Assembly: GCA_022783865.1 (NCBI GenBank)
Contig: JALFYY010000007.1
Location: 4,020 to 68,019 of the forward strand
Length of the DNA: 64,000 nt
Source of the DNA: Bacteroidales bacterium
GTDB lineage: Bacteria; Bacteroidota; Bacteroidia; Bacteroidales; Paludibacteraceae
Direction: 5' to 3'
The notes under the pieces were generated by a model, which did no database searches, was not told the DNA's origin, and saw only the letters and a program-made list of their open reading frames with translations. The position numbers and the translations under genes were made by a program. Positions 1 through 8,898 of this stretch are shown here, in pieces. The stretch's first letter is position 1. Every line of letters begins with the position of its first letter.

Positions 1-103
1 TATCAACAACCATTATGTCATATTTAGAATTATCTATGGACGAAAGACATTTCTTTATCCATGGACAAAAATTATAGGCAACTATCACAATAAGTACTTT
101 CAT
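1..103 (-). CDS. glycosyltransferase family 2, N-terminal fragment (gene continues past window start)
   Basis: Not in the ORF track. Minus-strand ATG at 103-101 forms an ATGA overlap with the stop of the upstream gene. My translation, MKVLIVIVAYNFCPWIKKCLSSIDNSKYDIMVVD, fits the GT2 N-terminal motif. Confidence 0.55.
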   Translation of the reverse strand, partial: MKVLIVIVAYNFCPWIKKCLSSIDNSKYDIMVVD

Positions 104-795
104 TTTTTCCAGTGATTAATCATATCATCGAAGTTTTCAAACAATGGAACATTCTGCGCAAAGAATGCATCTGAAATACCATGCAATTGTACATTCTTAA
201 TTTGTTGTACAAAATCGGTCGGATATTGGTTTGGATTCTTCATAAATAGCGGGAACTCTTCCTTAAAATCATAGATATTATATTCCCCACGATAATCAAA
301 CATATTTTGAGCATATTCCCTTACATCGGACAACATATTTTGTTTCCTCTTCTGGTAATAAACGTCTAATGAACTCAAAATTTTAGCAGGCACTCCTGCA
401 ACTACAGAATTAGATGGAACATCTTTTGTTACAACCGAACCTGCTGCAATTATCACATTATCACCAATGGTAACACCCTTAAGAATCATAGCCCGCTGAC
501 CTATATACACATTGTTGCCAATAACAACTTTTTTTCTACCCGGAATATAATCATTGTATAAATTACGAAATACCCAACTACAAAAATCATGTGTCAAAAT
601 AGTAACATTAGCAGTAATAGCAACATTATTTCCAATTTTCAACAATCCAGGAGACGAAGTGTCAATACTTATCGTTTTATGATTGTAGAGACGGAAATTA
701 GTCCCAATTTCTACTCCCGATTTGCGCAGCCACGCTTCATAACCTTTGGCAGTACGGCAAAGCCACTTTTTATATATTACAGATAATTTGCTCAT
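100..795 (-). CDS. hexapeptide-repeat (left-handed beta-helix) O-acetyltransferase
   Basis: 231-aa ORF with hexapeptide repeats IGNNVYIGQRAMILKGVTIGDNVIIAAGSVVTKDVPSNSVVAGVPAKIL, typical of the maltose/galactoside acetyltransferase-like family. It sits in a glycan-locus context. Confidence 0.8.
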   Translation of the reverse strand: MSKLSVIYKKWLCRTAKGYEAWLRKSGVEIGTNFRLYNHKTISIDTSSPGLLKIGNNVAITANVTILTHDFCSWVFRNLYNDYIPGRKKVVIGNNVYIGQRAMILKGVTIGDNVIIAAGSVVTKDVPSNSVVAGVPAKILSSLDVYYQKRKQNMLSDVREYAQNMFDYRGEYNIYDFKEEFPLFMKNPNQYPTDFVQQIKNVQLHGISDAFFAQNVPLFENFDDMINHWKK

Positions 796-886
796 ATCTT
801 CTTTTTATTATATAATTATACAACCCTTACTAAATTTATCATCTTCTAACAATTGTGTATTGTAGGTTACTATGATTATGAGAACT

Positions 887-1765
887 CTATCCTTGTTTCA
901 ACCTGAGATAATGGACTATTAATGAAAACGGCATCAGGAGCATACAGGCAAAAGACCATAGAGAAAACTCAGGCAAAACCAACCTATTCATCCTCCGATG
1001 CTTTATTTGCAAAAGATTAGCATATACGACACCTGTTGCATGATGCAATGCCCCAGGGAACACAGCCATAGTATAATACCGATTCAGAATACTGTAGTTC
1101 GCCCGATATACTTTCTCAGCATTACCCGACAAACTGCCATTCACCATTCGATAGGTGAACAGCGTCTCCGGTACATTGCGAAATACATAGCCTTGACGAC
1201 ATATCTGCAGATAATAATCCCAATCTTCGGATGCCCGCATTGCTTCATCCCAATGCACCTTGGTCAATGCCTGCCGCGGGAACAATATAGCACCCGGGAT
1301 AAAGGCAAATTCTTGTCCGAAACCGGCATACATACCGTCAAAACCGATATCCGTAACATGTGTTTTCCGTGCATAAGGAGAAGTGAGATGAATATCCTGC
1401 TCAGCCCCTAAACACAAATCGGAGAAAAGCACCACATTGCCTTCGGTATGCTGATATGCCTCTAACATAGTTGCAAAGCGATGAGCAGGGAACCAATCAT
1501 CCGCATCGAGAAACTGGATATAATCGCCTTTGGCAAGGCGTAGCCCGTGGTTGCGTGCTGCTGAAGGTCCGGCATTGTCTTGATAAACATATTGTATGCG
1601 TCCGTCAGAGGAAGCCATGCGCCGGACGATATCCGCCCCATTGTCGGTAGAACCGTCATCCACTACAATACACTCCCAATCCCCGTAGGTTTGAGACTGC
1701 ACAGAAGCCAAAGTTTCTCCGATGAAACGGGCGGCATTATATAACGGAATGATTACGCTTATCAT
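887..1765 (-). CDS. glycosyltransferase family 2
   Basis: N-terminus MISVIIPLYNAARFIGETLASVQSQTYGDWECIVVDDGSTDNG and a later DADD motif are the canonical GT2 signature. Confidence 0.85.
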   Translation of the reverse strand: MISVIIPLYNAARFIGETLASVQSQTYGDWECIVVDDGSTDNGADIVRRMASSDGRIQYVYQDNAGPSAARNHGLRLAKGDYIQFLDADDWFPAHRFATMLEAYQHTEGNVVLFSDLCLGAEQDIHLTSPYARKTHVTDIGFDGMYAGFGQEFAFIPGAILFPRQALTKVHWDEAMRASEDWDYYLQICRQGYVFRNVPETLFTYRMVNGSLSGNAEKVYRANYSILNRYYTMAVFPGALHHATGVVYANLLQIKHRRMNRLVLPEFSLWSFACMLLMPFSLIVHYLRLKQG

Positions 1766-1787
1766 CTGTTACAATCAATAGTTTTTC

Positions 1788-2372
1788 TTATTCTATATAT
1801 TTTATCCATTTGGCAGGATTGCCGCCATATATCGAATTGGCAATACAATCCTTGGTAACCACACTGCCTGCTGCAATGATAGTGTTCTTTTCAATATGCA
1901 CACCTTTTAGAATAATGCAATTCATGCCTATCCACACATTATCTTCCAAAACAACAGGTGCAGCATCAGGTACTCCAGCTCTTCCTTCAACCGATAATGC
2001 CACTTTGTGCGAATCGTTATCGCACAAAATTGTTCCCGGACCAATCCGGCAATCATCACCTAATTTTATCAATTCGTTGGCATGCAACATACACCCGTTC
2101 AATTTACAATTGTTACCTATCTCTATCCTCGCATCCTTATTGTATGTTGAAAGTGCCACCTGAAACGGCGAACCGTTTGGAAAAGAGTTGCACCAACATT
2201 TCCCTCGGAAACAAATTGTTCCTCTGTTATTTATATATAGGGGGGGGGTAAATACAACACAGCCGTTTTCATACACTACCCGATTGGCAGAAAGAAACCG
2301 ATTTTGTTTATTCGTTTTTCGTTTCGTCATCCATCTATTCCACTTATGTTGCAAAACCTTCAGTACGCTCAT
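1788..2372 (-). CDS. hexapeptide-repeat acetyltransferase
   Basis: 194-aa ORF with C-terminal LbH repeats (NVWIGMNCIILKGVHIEKNTIIAAGSVVTKD). It overlaps the upstream gene stop by 4 nt and contains a C9 tract at 2240-2248 read as TPP. Confidence 0.75.
   Translation of the reverse strand: MSVLKVLQHKWNRWMTKRKTNKQNRFLSANRVVYENGCVVFTPPLYINNRGTICFRGKCWCNSFPNGSPFQVALSTYNKDARIEIGNNCKLNGCMLHANELIKLGDDCRIGPGTILCDNDSHKVALSVEGRAGVPDAAPVVLEDNVWIGMNCIILKGVHIEKNTIIAAGSVVTKDCIANSIYGGNPAKWIKYIE
2240..2248. repeat. G9 (C9 on coding strand) homopolymer inside acetyltransferase ORF, in frame
   Basis: ...tatatag ggggggggta... read directly; on the minus strand it is acc ccc ccc cta, encoding T P P L. Confidence 0.9.
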
Positions 2373-4555
2373 AGTCTTTTCAGTATTTCATCATATATCC
2401 GTTTGCAATTATCCGAATCGTTATATGGAAAAAAACGGTTGATTTTATCCACATACGTTTTTTCGTTTTTCCACTCGTTATGTGCCAATTCTTGTAGTCG
2501 GTTGAGCAAGTCATGCATTTCTCGGACTACAGGTCCGAACCCCATCGTTTCAAAGTCGAAATATCCTTTTTGGAGATGTTCCCGAATGATTTGCTCATAG
2601 TCCCACCAATAATAAATGAGAGGTTTCTTCATATACGCAAAATCGAATTGTACACTCGATACATCCGTTATCAGCACCATTGACTCCTTCAGCATTGATT
2701 GCACCGATTCGGTTTCCGGATTGGCGATAATAACTACATCGTTTTGCACATCTGCAAACAAAGGCAAATAAGCATTCATCAGATAATGCGGGCAAAACTT
2801 CAGCACCATATTGTTGTCTCGCAAGAATGCTGCCACAGCCTTGTCTGTAAGCAAACCTTTTATCGCCTTATAATAACCATTTTGGGCAAAATCGGAGAGC
2901 GGGCATTCCGCCAATTGCCGACGCCATGTCGGCATCAGCAAGATTTGTCGCTTCTCCTCGTACCCGTGCAATCCGTCGAAACGGGCAAACCCGGTTAAGC
3001 CAACCTCGTTGATCCCGTATCCGAAATCTTTCCGAACGGCTTCATATTCCGGGGTAGCACCACAGATAAACAGATTTATATCTGAAGTCTTTTTCCCATA
3101 AAAAGGAGATACATCTGCATAAGTGATACCATGCTGCAAAAAAACATTGAATCCTTTAGGCGGAAACGGATAGTGTTTTTTTCCAAAGACAGTAGAAGGA
3201 TAGTTGGCATTGTATTGAGAACTTGCATACACTCCGGCTGCACAGAAATAGATTTTATGCTTCAGCGAGTTATATTTCAACCAATGACCGTGCAAATCAG
3301 CCTTGTCGGCAATTGCCTGATTACATACATAGTATGCTTTAATTTCCGGATGAAATTGCTGCAAATAATTGAAGAAATAGATACCGTTTTCTTGTGCCGT
3401 ATCATTGCGCTCACCCGTCAACCATATATCCTTAGGAACAAAACATGTAGCCACTTTCACTACCGACAATTCAATTCTATCAAGTACCAAGCGGCATATC
3501 AAAATCAATTTTTTAAGCAAATCCTTAGTAACCAAACGCAATGTTATACCCCATGAATCCGACACAATCCAAGTTCGGGAATACTTATAAAGTTTATTTA
3601 CCCATTTCTGCATTACCGATAACGACCAACGATGTGCGAAACACAATTTGAGAAACACATTGCAAGGCGATGACGGCTTTATCGGAATATCGCTTTCGCT
3701 TAAATGTTTAGCAATAGCGGCTTGCTGTTCACTCCATGTGGGTTGCTCTATCAATCGGAACATTTTTATGCGCCACAACATGGAGAACAATCTTTTGCGG
3801 CATTGCATCTGCACTGCCTTCTCCGAAAAATTGCCTTGTTCCAAATTACGGAAAAACAAAGCATGAGAATAGAAAAAGGCATCCCAATTCTGAGCAGTAT
3901 GCAGTTTTGGCTTAGAGAGTGTTCCTTGCCTATTGCGATAGAAATACAGCCCCTTATCAATGATACTGATTTTATCACATCTACATAACCATTCTGCCAG
4001 AAACGGTTGGTCTTCCGATACGATTGCAGGTTGTTCTATATCCCGGATCAAATCACGCTTATACAACTTATTCCATACCGGTAAGATGGAGGGATACAAT
4101 CTGTAATCCTTCAACACCTGTTCCGCTGTTAACACTCCTTCTATGCGCAAATCCGCATTAGGATATTCCACCCCGTCTTCGTCCACAGAGTTTGCATAGC
4201 ACCATGCCACATCAACTGCTTTTTGAGTAATAGAATCATACAATATCTGCGCCATTGCCGTATCTACATAGTCATCGCTATCTACAAACATGATATAAGG
4301 AGCGGTAGCAACTTTCAATCCTGTATTACGTGCCGGTCCGAGTCCTTGGTTTTGCTCGTGCCGAACCAGTCTAATCCTGTTGTCTTGTTGCATATAACGC
4401 TGCACTATTTCCACCGAATTATCCGGTGAGCCGTCGTCCACGCAGATGATTTCAATCTCACGGAGCGTCTGACCGACCAACGAATCCAAACATGCAGGGA
4501 GATACTTCTCTACATTGTAAATCGGAACAATGATGGAAACCTTAGGCGTTTGCAT
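2369..4555 (-). CDS. bifunctional GT2 glycosyltransferase / CDP-glycerol glycerophosphotransferase (TagF-like) fusion
   Basis: The N-terminus VSIIVPIYNVEKYLPACLDSLVGQTLREIEIICVDDGSPDNS is GT2. The C-terminal half, with QHGITYADV...FGYGINEVGLTGFARFD...ILLMPTWR, matches the Glyphos_transf (TagF/TarB) pattern as I remember it. Confidence 0.8.
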   Translation of the reverse strand: MQTPKVSIIVPIYNVEKYLPACLDSLVGQTLREIEIICVDDGSPDNSVEIVQRYMQQDNRIRLVRHEQNQGLGPARNTGLKVATAPYIMFVDSDDYVDTAMAQILYDSITQKAVDVAWCYANSVDEDGVEYPNADLRIEGVLTAEQVLKDYRLYPSILPVWNKLYKRDLIRDIEQPAIVSEDQPFLAEWLCRCDKISIIDKGLYFYRNRQGTLSKPKLHTAQNWDAFFYSHALFFRNLEQGNFSEKAVQMQCRKRLFSMLWRIKMFRLIEQPTWSEQQAAIAKHLSESDIPIKPSSPCNVFLKLCFAHRWSLSVMQKWVNKLYKYSRTWIVSDSWGITLRLVTKDLLKKLILICRLVLDRIELSVVKVATCFVPKDIWLTGERNDTAQENGIYFFNYLQQFHPEIKAYYVCNQAIADKADLHGHWLKYNSLKHKIYFCAAGVYASSQYNANYPSTVFGKKHYPFPPKGFNVFLQHGITYADVSPFYGKKTSDINLFICGATPEYEAVRKDFGYGINEVGLTGFARFDGLHGYEEKRQILLMPTWRRQLAECPLSDFAQNGYYKAIKGLLTDKAVAAFLRDNNMVLKFCPHYLMNAYLPLFADVQNDVVIIANPETESVQSMLKESMVLITDVSSVQFDFAYMKKPLIYYWWDYEQIIREHLQKGYFDFETMGFGPVVREMHDLLNRLQELAHNEWKNEKTYVDKINRFFPYNDSDNCKRIYDEILKRL

Positions 4556-4683
4556 TTATCATATCTATTAATTCATCTTACTTGCTTCAACATGCAGCCT
4601 TGTATACTGCAATATGGCGACAGACCAACCATCCGGACGTCACAATCTATCGCCTGATACCAAGCAGACACGTTTATAACGTG

Positions 4684-4691
4684 CAAAGTTA
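4684..4691 (-). promoter_or_regulatory. Bacteroidetes -7 box TAacTTTG
   Basis: Matches TAnnTTTG and lies 129 nt upstream of the ATG of the GT2-TagF gene. Confidence 0.45.
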
Positions 4692-4739
4692 CAAAAGTTT
4701 ATTGACCTATGCAAATCTCCTAAAAACAATTATGCAATA

Positions 4740-5021
4740 TTATTTCACCCAATGCATCAAACGGAACAATCGTTTCCAAAATTCTTGTCGGGCAACAGGT
4801 ATCAGAATCGGCTTACTCATCTGTTTGATAGCACGATAGTAGGTCGATTTGCTGCAATGCAAATCAAGCGTTATGTCTATCCAATACTTCTGCGGATGTT
4901 GCAAATGGTACTCATAGTAACAAAAATAATTGGTTGTCTGCACTGTGATATAACCGGCTTCAACAAGCGGGTAATACATATCCAACATCTGGAGAATACG
5001 CAAAAAATCGTAATGTGTCAT
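4740..5021 (-). CDS. hypothetical small protein, possible HTH regulator (start trimmed to Met31 of the track ORF)
   Basis: A TAccTTTG -7 box at 5055-5062 (minus) lies inside the longest ORF, so the start is more likely ATG 5021. The C-terminal CSKSTYYRAIKQM resembles an HTH recognition-helix motif. I did not recognise a family. Confidence 0.4.
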   Translation of the reverse strand: MTHYDFLRILQMLDMYYPLVEAGYITVQTTNYFCYYEYHLQHPQKYWIDITLDLHCSKSTYYRAIKQMSKPILIPVARQEFWKRLFRLMHWVK

Positions 5022-5054
5022 AACTGTAAACCATTGTAAGGATTTATTTGCGTG

Positions 5055-5062
5055 CAAAGGTA
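5055..5062 (-). promoter_or_regulatory. -7 box TAccTTTG
   Basis: 34 nt upstream of ATG 5021. It is divergent from the box at 5123. Confidence 0.45.
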
Positions 5063-5122
5063 CGGCCGGCAAAGCACATTTCATTCCCAAACTTTTGGGA
5101 ATGGAATACATAAACTTTTATC

Positions 5123-5130
5123 TACCTTTG
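5123..5130 (+). promoter_or_regulatory. -7 box TAccTTTG
   Basis: 66 nt upstream of the 51-aa ORF. Confidence 0.45.
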
Positions 5131-5195
5131 CCGGCGCAAAACCACAGACGAGTTTTGCACCAACCCATATATAAACATTTTAACACATTATTCGT

Positions 5196-5351
5196 ATGAA
5201 ACAAAACGCAATCCGTGCCATTATGGCAGTGGCAGTAGAAGCCATCGAGCTCGCATTCGACAGTCCGCATCTCACCTCCGAACGCCGCAAGCAGTTGGGC
5301 GAGATGTACGTATGGATCAGCAAACAACTGCACAAAAACGAACCTCTATGA
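5196..5351 (+). CDS. unannotated 51-aa ORF, translationally coupled to the DUF4248-like gene
   Basis: Below the ORF-track cutoff. My translation is MKQNAIRAIMAVAVEAIELAFDSPHLTSERRKQLGEMYVWISKQLHKNEPL. The stop TGA (5349-5351) overlaps ATG 5348 of the next gene (ATGA). A TAccTTTG box lies 66 nt upstream. Confidence 0.35.
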   Translation: MKQNAIRAIMAVAVEAIELAFDSPHLTSERRKQLGEMYVWISKQLHKNEPL

Positions 5352-5527
5352 AAGGCAAAGCCATGCTGAAATCGGAATTAGCCCGCGAAGCAGGCGTAAG
5401 CAGACGCACCCTGTATCAGTGGCTGAAAACCGATGAAGAAGTATTGCGGCAGATGGGTGTGACCAAACACACCCGTCTGCTCCCGCCGCAAGCCGTGAAA
5501 TACCTTCGGGAAAAATACTCAATTTAG
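5348..5527 (+). CDS. DUF4248-like helix-turn-helix protein
   Basis: MKGKAMLKSELAREAGVSRRTLYQWLK...LLPPQAVKYLREKY fits the small Bacteroidales DUF4248 HTH family as I remember it. The start was moved from 5312 to 5348 because of the ATGA coupling. Confidence 0.65.
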   Translation: MKGKAMLKSELAREAGVSRRTLYQWLKTDEEVLRQMGVTKHTRLLPPQAVKYLREKYSI

Positions 5528-5696
5528 TTGATAATTAATATTTAACAGACAATATTGCATTATCAGACAATTTATAGAGACGAAGCGTGCACCGTCTAAA
5601 TGCCCCGATTAATGCCCGTGTAATTATCGTTCGTTCATAAGCGAACAATAATGAGTGCCTGAGCCGGACGTCCCAGCCTGCGACAATAACAATTGA

Positions 5697-5755
5697 TGAC
5701 CCTTGTATGACCCCTGTATAACCCTTGCGAGGGGTGCGTAAGGGGTACTACCGGA
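5697..5755. repeat. dispersed repeat, copy 1 (25-nt core TGACCCTTGTATGACCCCTGTATAA plus ~35 nt related tail)
   Basis: The 25-nt core is identical to 46033-46057. The tails share a small hairpin and the string ...GC(G/A)TAAGGGG / ...ACGCAAGGGG. Confidence 0.85.
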
Positions 5756-5816
5756 AGTGAGCGGGCAAAGCCCTAATTGAGAAACTGAATCATTTTATGC
5801 AGGGCGATATATATGA

Positions 5817-6221
5817 TTATTTTTTTGCGTGAAAGAAGCGGCGCAATATCAAGAAGTTCACCGGTATAACAATGGCATAAACAGGTATGGGAGCCCACAC
5901 TTCAGGAATCCCTATCCATAAGAACAGTTCCAATAGCAAAATATGCAGCGTATAGTTGATAACATGACTGAGAGCAAAACCGGCACCGTTTTTAACACTC
6001 GGTTTCGTGCGGAAAGTAAAATAGTTGGTAAGCAGATAGTTGATGCAAAAACTAACTGCATACCCTATCGTATAAGCGAGCCAGGTCCAAATCCACAGAT
6101 TGAGCAACAAATATACACCATAGTGTATCCCTGTTGCTACTACACCCACCACACCGAAACGAAACAATTCTTGCCAATTTTGTGGAATCTTCTGAAAAAA
6201 GGAATTAGTATTCATTCCCAA
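5817..6221 (-). CDS. gtrA: GtrA-family membrane protein (polyisoprenol-sugar flippase-like)
   Basis: 134 aa with 4 predicted TM segments. FRFGVVGVVATGIHYGVYLLL and C-terminal LILRRFF are typical of GtrA-like proteins. Confidence 0.85.
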   Translation of the reverse strand: MGMNTNSFFQKIPQNWQELFRFGVVGVVATGIHYGVYLLLNLWIWTWLAYTIGYAVSFCINYLLTNYFTFRTKPSVKNGAGFALSHVINYTLHILLLELFLWIGIPEVWAPIPVYAIVIPVNFLILRRFFHAKK

Positions 6222-6234
6222 AAAAGGTTAGTTC

Positions 6235-7881
6235 TTATTTCTTATTCAAACGGATATCTCTCACTTCCCGTTTATCTGCCGTGGCCGACACTATGACATA
6301 ACGCCAATTATCATCGTTAAATTGACGCCTTTCGATTAAATCTATCGTATATGGACGTGCTTGCCGATGCATTATCTTGTCTTTGCATTTATCAACAATA
6401 GTTGTTGCATAGCCACTATATGAAACACTAAATTGTTGATAATCTTCTTCAATAGGCAAACGGACAATATAATAAGATAGTTGCGTAGAAGCATAGAGCA
6501 TCGAATCAGATTGATTTTCCGGTACACACGTTGCAATAATCTGTTCTTTGCTTTCCGGAAGTATCAGTGTACAATCGGTTTGCCCACTTTTATTGAGGTA
6601 ACGAGAAAAAAGCGAGGCTATTATCATTCTGTCATAAAACCCATCTAATGCAAATTCATGAACATAATTGCGATAGAAACTACCTTGCATGACTTCTCTA
6701 TTGAAATGCTCAAATTCGCCATCTACACAATAATCGTTTTGATTATATGTAGTTTTTGTTTTTTCAAAACTATTATATAGTTGCTGCCGATACCAATATG
6801 CAGGGATATAGGTAGTTATACATAAAACGATTGTTATACCTGCAACAACATATTCTGCTTTTTGAGATAGACGGATATAACGATAGATAAATCGGATACA
6901 AAGTACAATAGAGCATATTGCAATCAAGGTAAATTGAGTTTCTCCATTATATGCCAATATTAAAGCAAAAAGAATAGCAAACAGAGGTGCTAAGAAAAAG
7001 AGGATATTGTCTTGAATAAAGGTAGGATGTATGTTGCGCTTTTTGTCAATCAAGAAACTCACAATGGCTAAAACTGCAATAATATATGTCGGTGGGACAT
7101 GCTTTAATATCTGTATAATAGTATGAATCAACTTAAAAATAGTCAATTCGTTTTTTCCCACACGCACAAAGTTACCAGGAGCAAATATAGCAAAACATGC
7201 ACCTATGCCAAATGCCAATACTAAATACAAAAGAGTAGAACGAGTATTTTTGAGGTGGAAAATGTGATAGAAGAACAGAGCACCGGCAATTCCAATACAG
7301 AAACTTTCTTGCCAACTACCACAAACCAATGCAAACAATATAATCAACACATTTTTCCACCACGGATATTGGATATTGTCTTCTTTGATATGGAAGTAAA
7401 TGCACAAAAAGAATGTATATACAGCCGCCGACCACATATAGTTAACCACAAAAGCAATCGCCCCATAGAACATAACCCCAGGCAATGGGATAAGCAACAG
7501 CATTCCTAACAGCAACCAGTATTTGTCAATACGACTATGCGTACGCCTACGGATAAGATATAACAAACTCATCAGGAGTAATATAAACATGAAGGTACTA
7601 AATACGAAAAATGTTTCTGCTCCACCATATCCACAGAAAAACTGCACAAAACAATGTACTAAAAAACGCCCGTTCCAGTTGTTGTACGACCACCAATTTG
7701 AAATCAATACCTCTTTTAGATTATCTATATAGTTATATTCCTCTTCACCACATACAGAACTATAATATAAATCATCCAAACAACAAGGTATATATTGTCT
7801 AACCAACAGATAATATACTATCCCGCAGATAGCAAAGAACAGATAGTCATATTTGGTGAATTGTCGGAAAAAATGTCGCAT
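6235..7881 (-). CDS. polytopic membrane protein, GtrC-position / GT-C-like glycosyltransferase candidate
   Basis: 548 aa with at least 10 hydrophobic segments followed by a soluble C-terminal domain. It sits between gtrB and gtrA and is AT-rich (about 38% GC). Confidence 0.65.
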   Translation of the reverse strand: MRHFFRQFTKYDYLFFAICGIVYYLLVRQYIPCCLDDLYYSSVCGEEEYNYIDNLKEVLISNWWSYNNWNGRFLVHCFVQFFCGYGGAETFFVFSTFMFILLLMSLLYLIRRRTHSRIDKYWLLLGMLLLIPLPGVMFYGAIAFVVNYMWSAAVYTFFLCIYFHIKEDNIQYPWWKNVLIILFALVCGSWQESFCIGIAGALFFYHIFHLKNTRSTLLYLVLAFGIGACFAIFAPGNFVRVGKNELTIFKLIHTIIQILKHVPPTYIIAVLAIVSFLIDKKRNIHPTFIQDNILFFLAPLFAILFALILAYNGETQFTLIAICSIVLCIRFIYRYIRLSQKAEYVVAGITIVLCITTYIPAYWYRQQLYNSFEKTKTTYNQNDYCVDGEFEHFNREVMQGSFYRNYVHEFALDGFYDRMIIASLFSRYLNKSGQTDCTLILPESKEQIIATCVPENQSDSMLYASTQLSYYIVRLPIEEDYQQFSVSYSGYATTIVDKCKDKIMHRQARPYTIDLIERRQFNDDNWRYVIVSATADKREVRDIRLNKK

Positions 7882-7906
7882 ATAATATATTATGAATTAG
7901 TTGTGA

Positions 7907-8877
7907 TTATTTTTCACTGATGGTACATTGCCGTTCACCGTTGTATTCTTGCGCCAAATATACCGGACGTCGTTTCACTTCGTTGAAAATACGGCCTAAA
8001 TACTCACCGATGATACCAATCGTAATCAGTTGGATACCACCCAGAAGCAGAATAACGATAATCAATGTAGGGAAACCGGCAACAGGGTCACCAACGATTA
8101 ATGTTTTGATAAAGTAATATAGCCCGTAGATAAATGCCCCCAACGCTGTTAACAAGCCGACATAGGTAGCAAATCTGAGTGGCGCAGTAGTGAAAGAAGT
8201 AATGCCTTCTATCGCCAAATTGAGCAATCCCATGAAATTCCATTTGCTTTCTCCGGCAATGCGCTCTTGTTGTTCAAACAGAATCTCTTGTTTGCGAAAT
8301 CCTATCCAGCAATACATGCCTTTGGTATATCGTTCGCTCTCACGCAGCCGGCGCAAAGCATCAATGGCTTGACGATCAAGCAAACGGAAATCACCCACGT
8401 TTTGCAAAATGTCAAAGCGCGTAGCATGGTCTAATATTCGATAGAAAAGCAGGCTCAGTTTCTTCCTTATCCAAGGCTCTCTTCCCCGTGTTTTCCGACG
8501 GGCATATACATCTTGCACCTCACCGAAGTTCCATATTCTCAACATTTCAGGAATGAGCGTAGGCGGGTGCTGCAAATCGGCATCCATAATGATGACAGCA
8601 TCTCCTTTGGCATAATCAAATCCGGCAAGCATGGCATTCTCTTTGCCAAAGTTACGGGACAAATCCACATACGACACCCTTGGGTCTTGCTCTCTGAGCG
8701 ACTTGATTATATCTAACGTATGGTCTTTTGACCCATCGTTAACAAACAGAAATTCAAATTGATACGAATGGGCGGGGGGGGCAAAATTTCACCTGCAACT
8801 TCAGAAATCGCCTTGTAAAGCGCCGGCAACGATTGCTCTTCGTTGTAGCATGGAATAAGAATGGTGATTAGTGCCAT
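7907..8877 (-). pseudogene. gtrB: gtrB-like polyprenol-phosphate glycosyltransferase (GT2), frameshifted in a C8 tract
   Basis: Two track ORFs (8713-8901 and 7907-8677) make up one gene. MALITILIPCYNEEQSLPALYKAISEVAGEILPPP is in one frame and (A)HSYQFEFLFVNDGSKDHTLDIIKSLREQDPRVSYVDLSRNFGKE... is in the next. The switch point is the G8 run at 8774-8781 (C8 on the coding strand). A length of C9 or C6 would restore a single ORF. Confidence 0.8.
8774..8781. repeat. G8 (C8 on coding strand) homopolymer at the gtrB frameshift point
   Basis: ggc gggggggg caaaat read directly. A TGA in the downstream frame lies just 5' of the tract, so the frame switch must occur at or just after the tract. Confidence 0.9.
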
Positions 8878-8898
8878 ATTGTGTTTACGTTTACGCTG

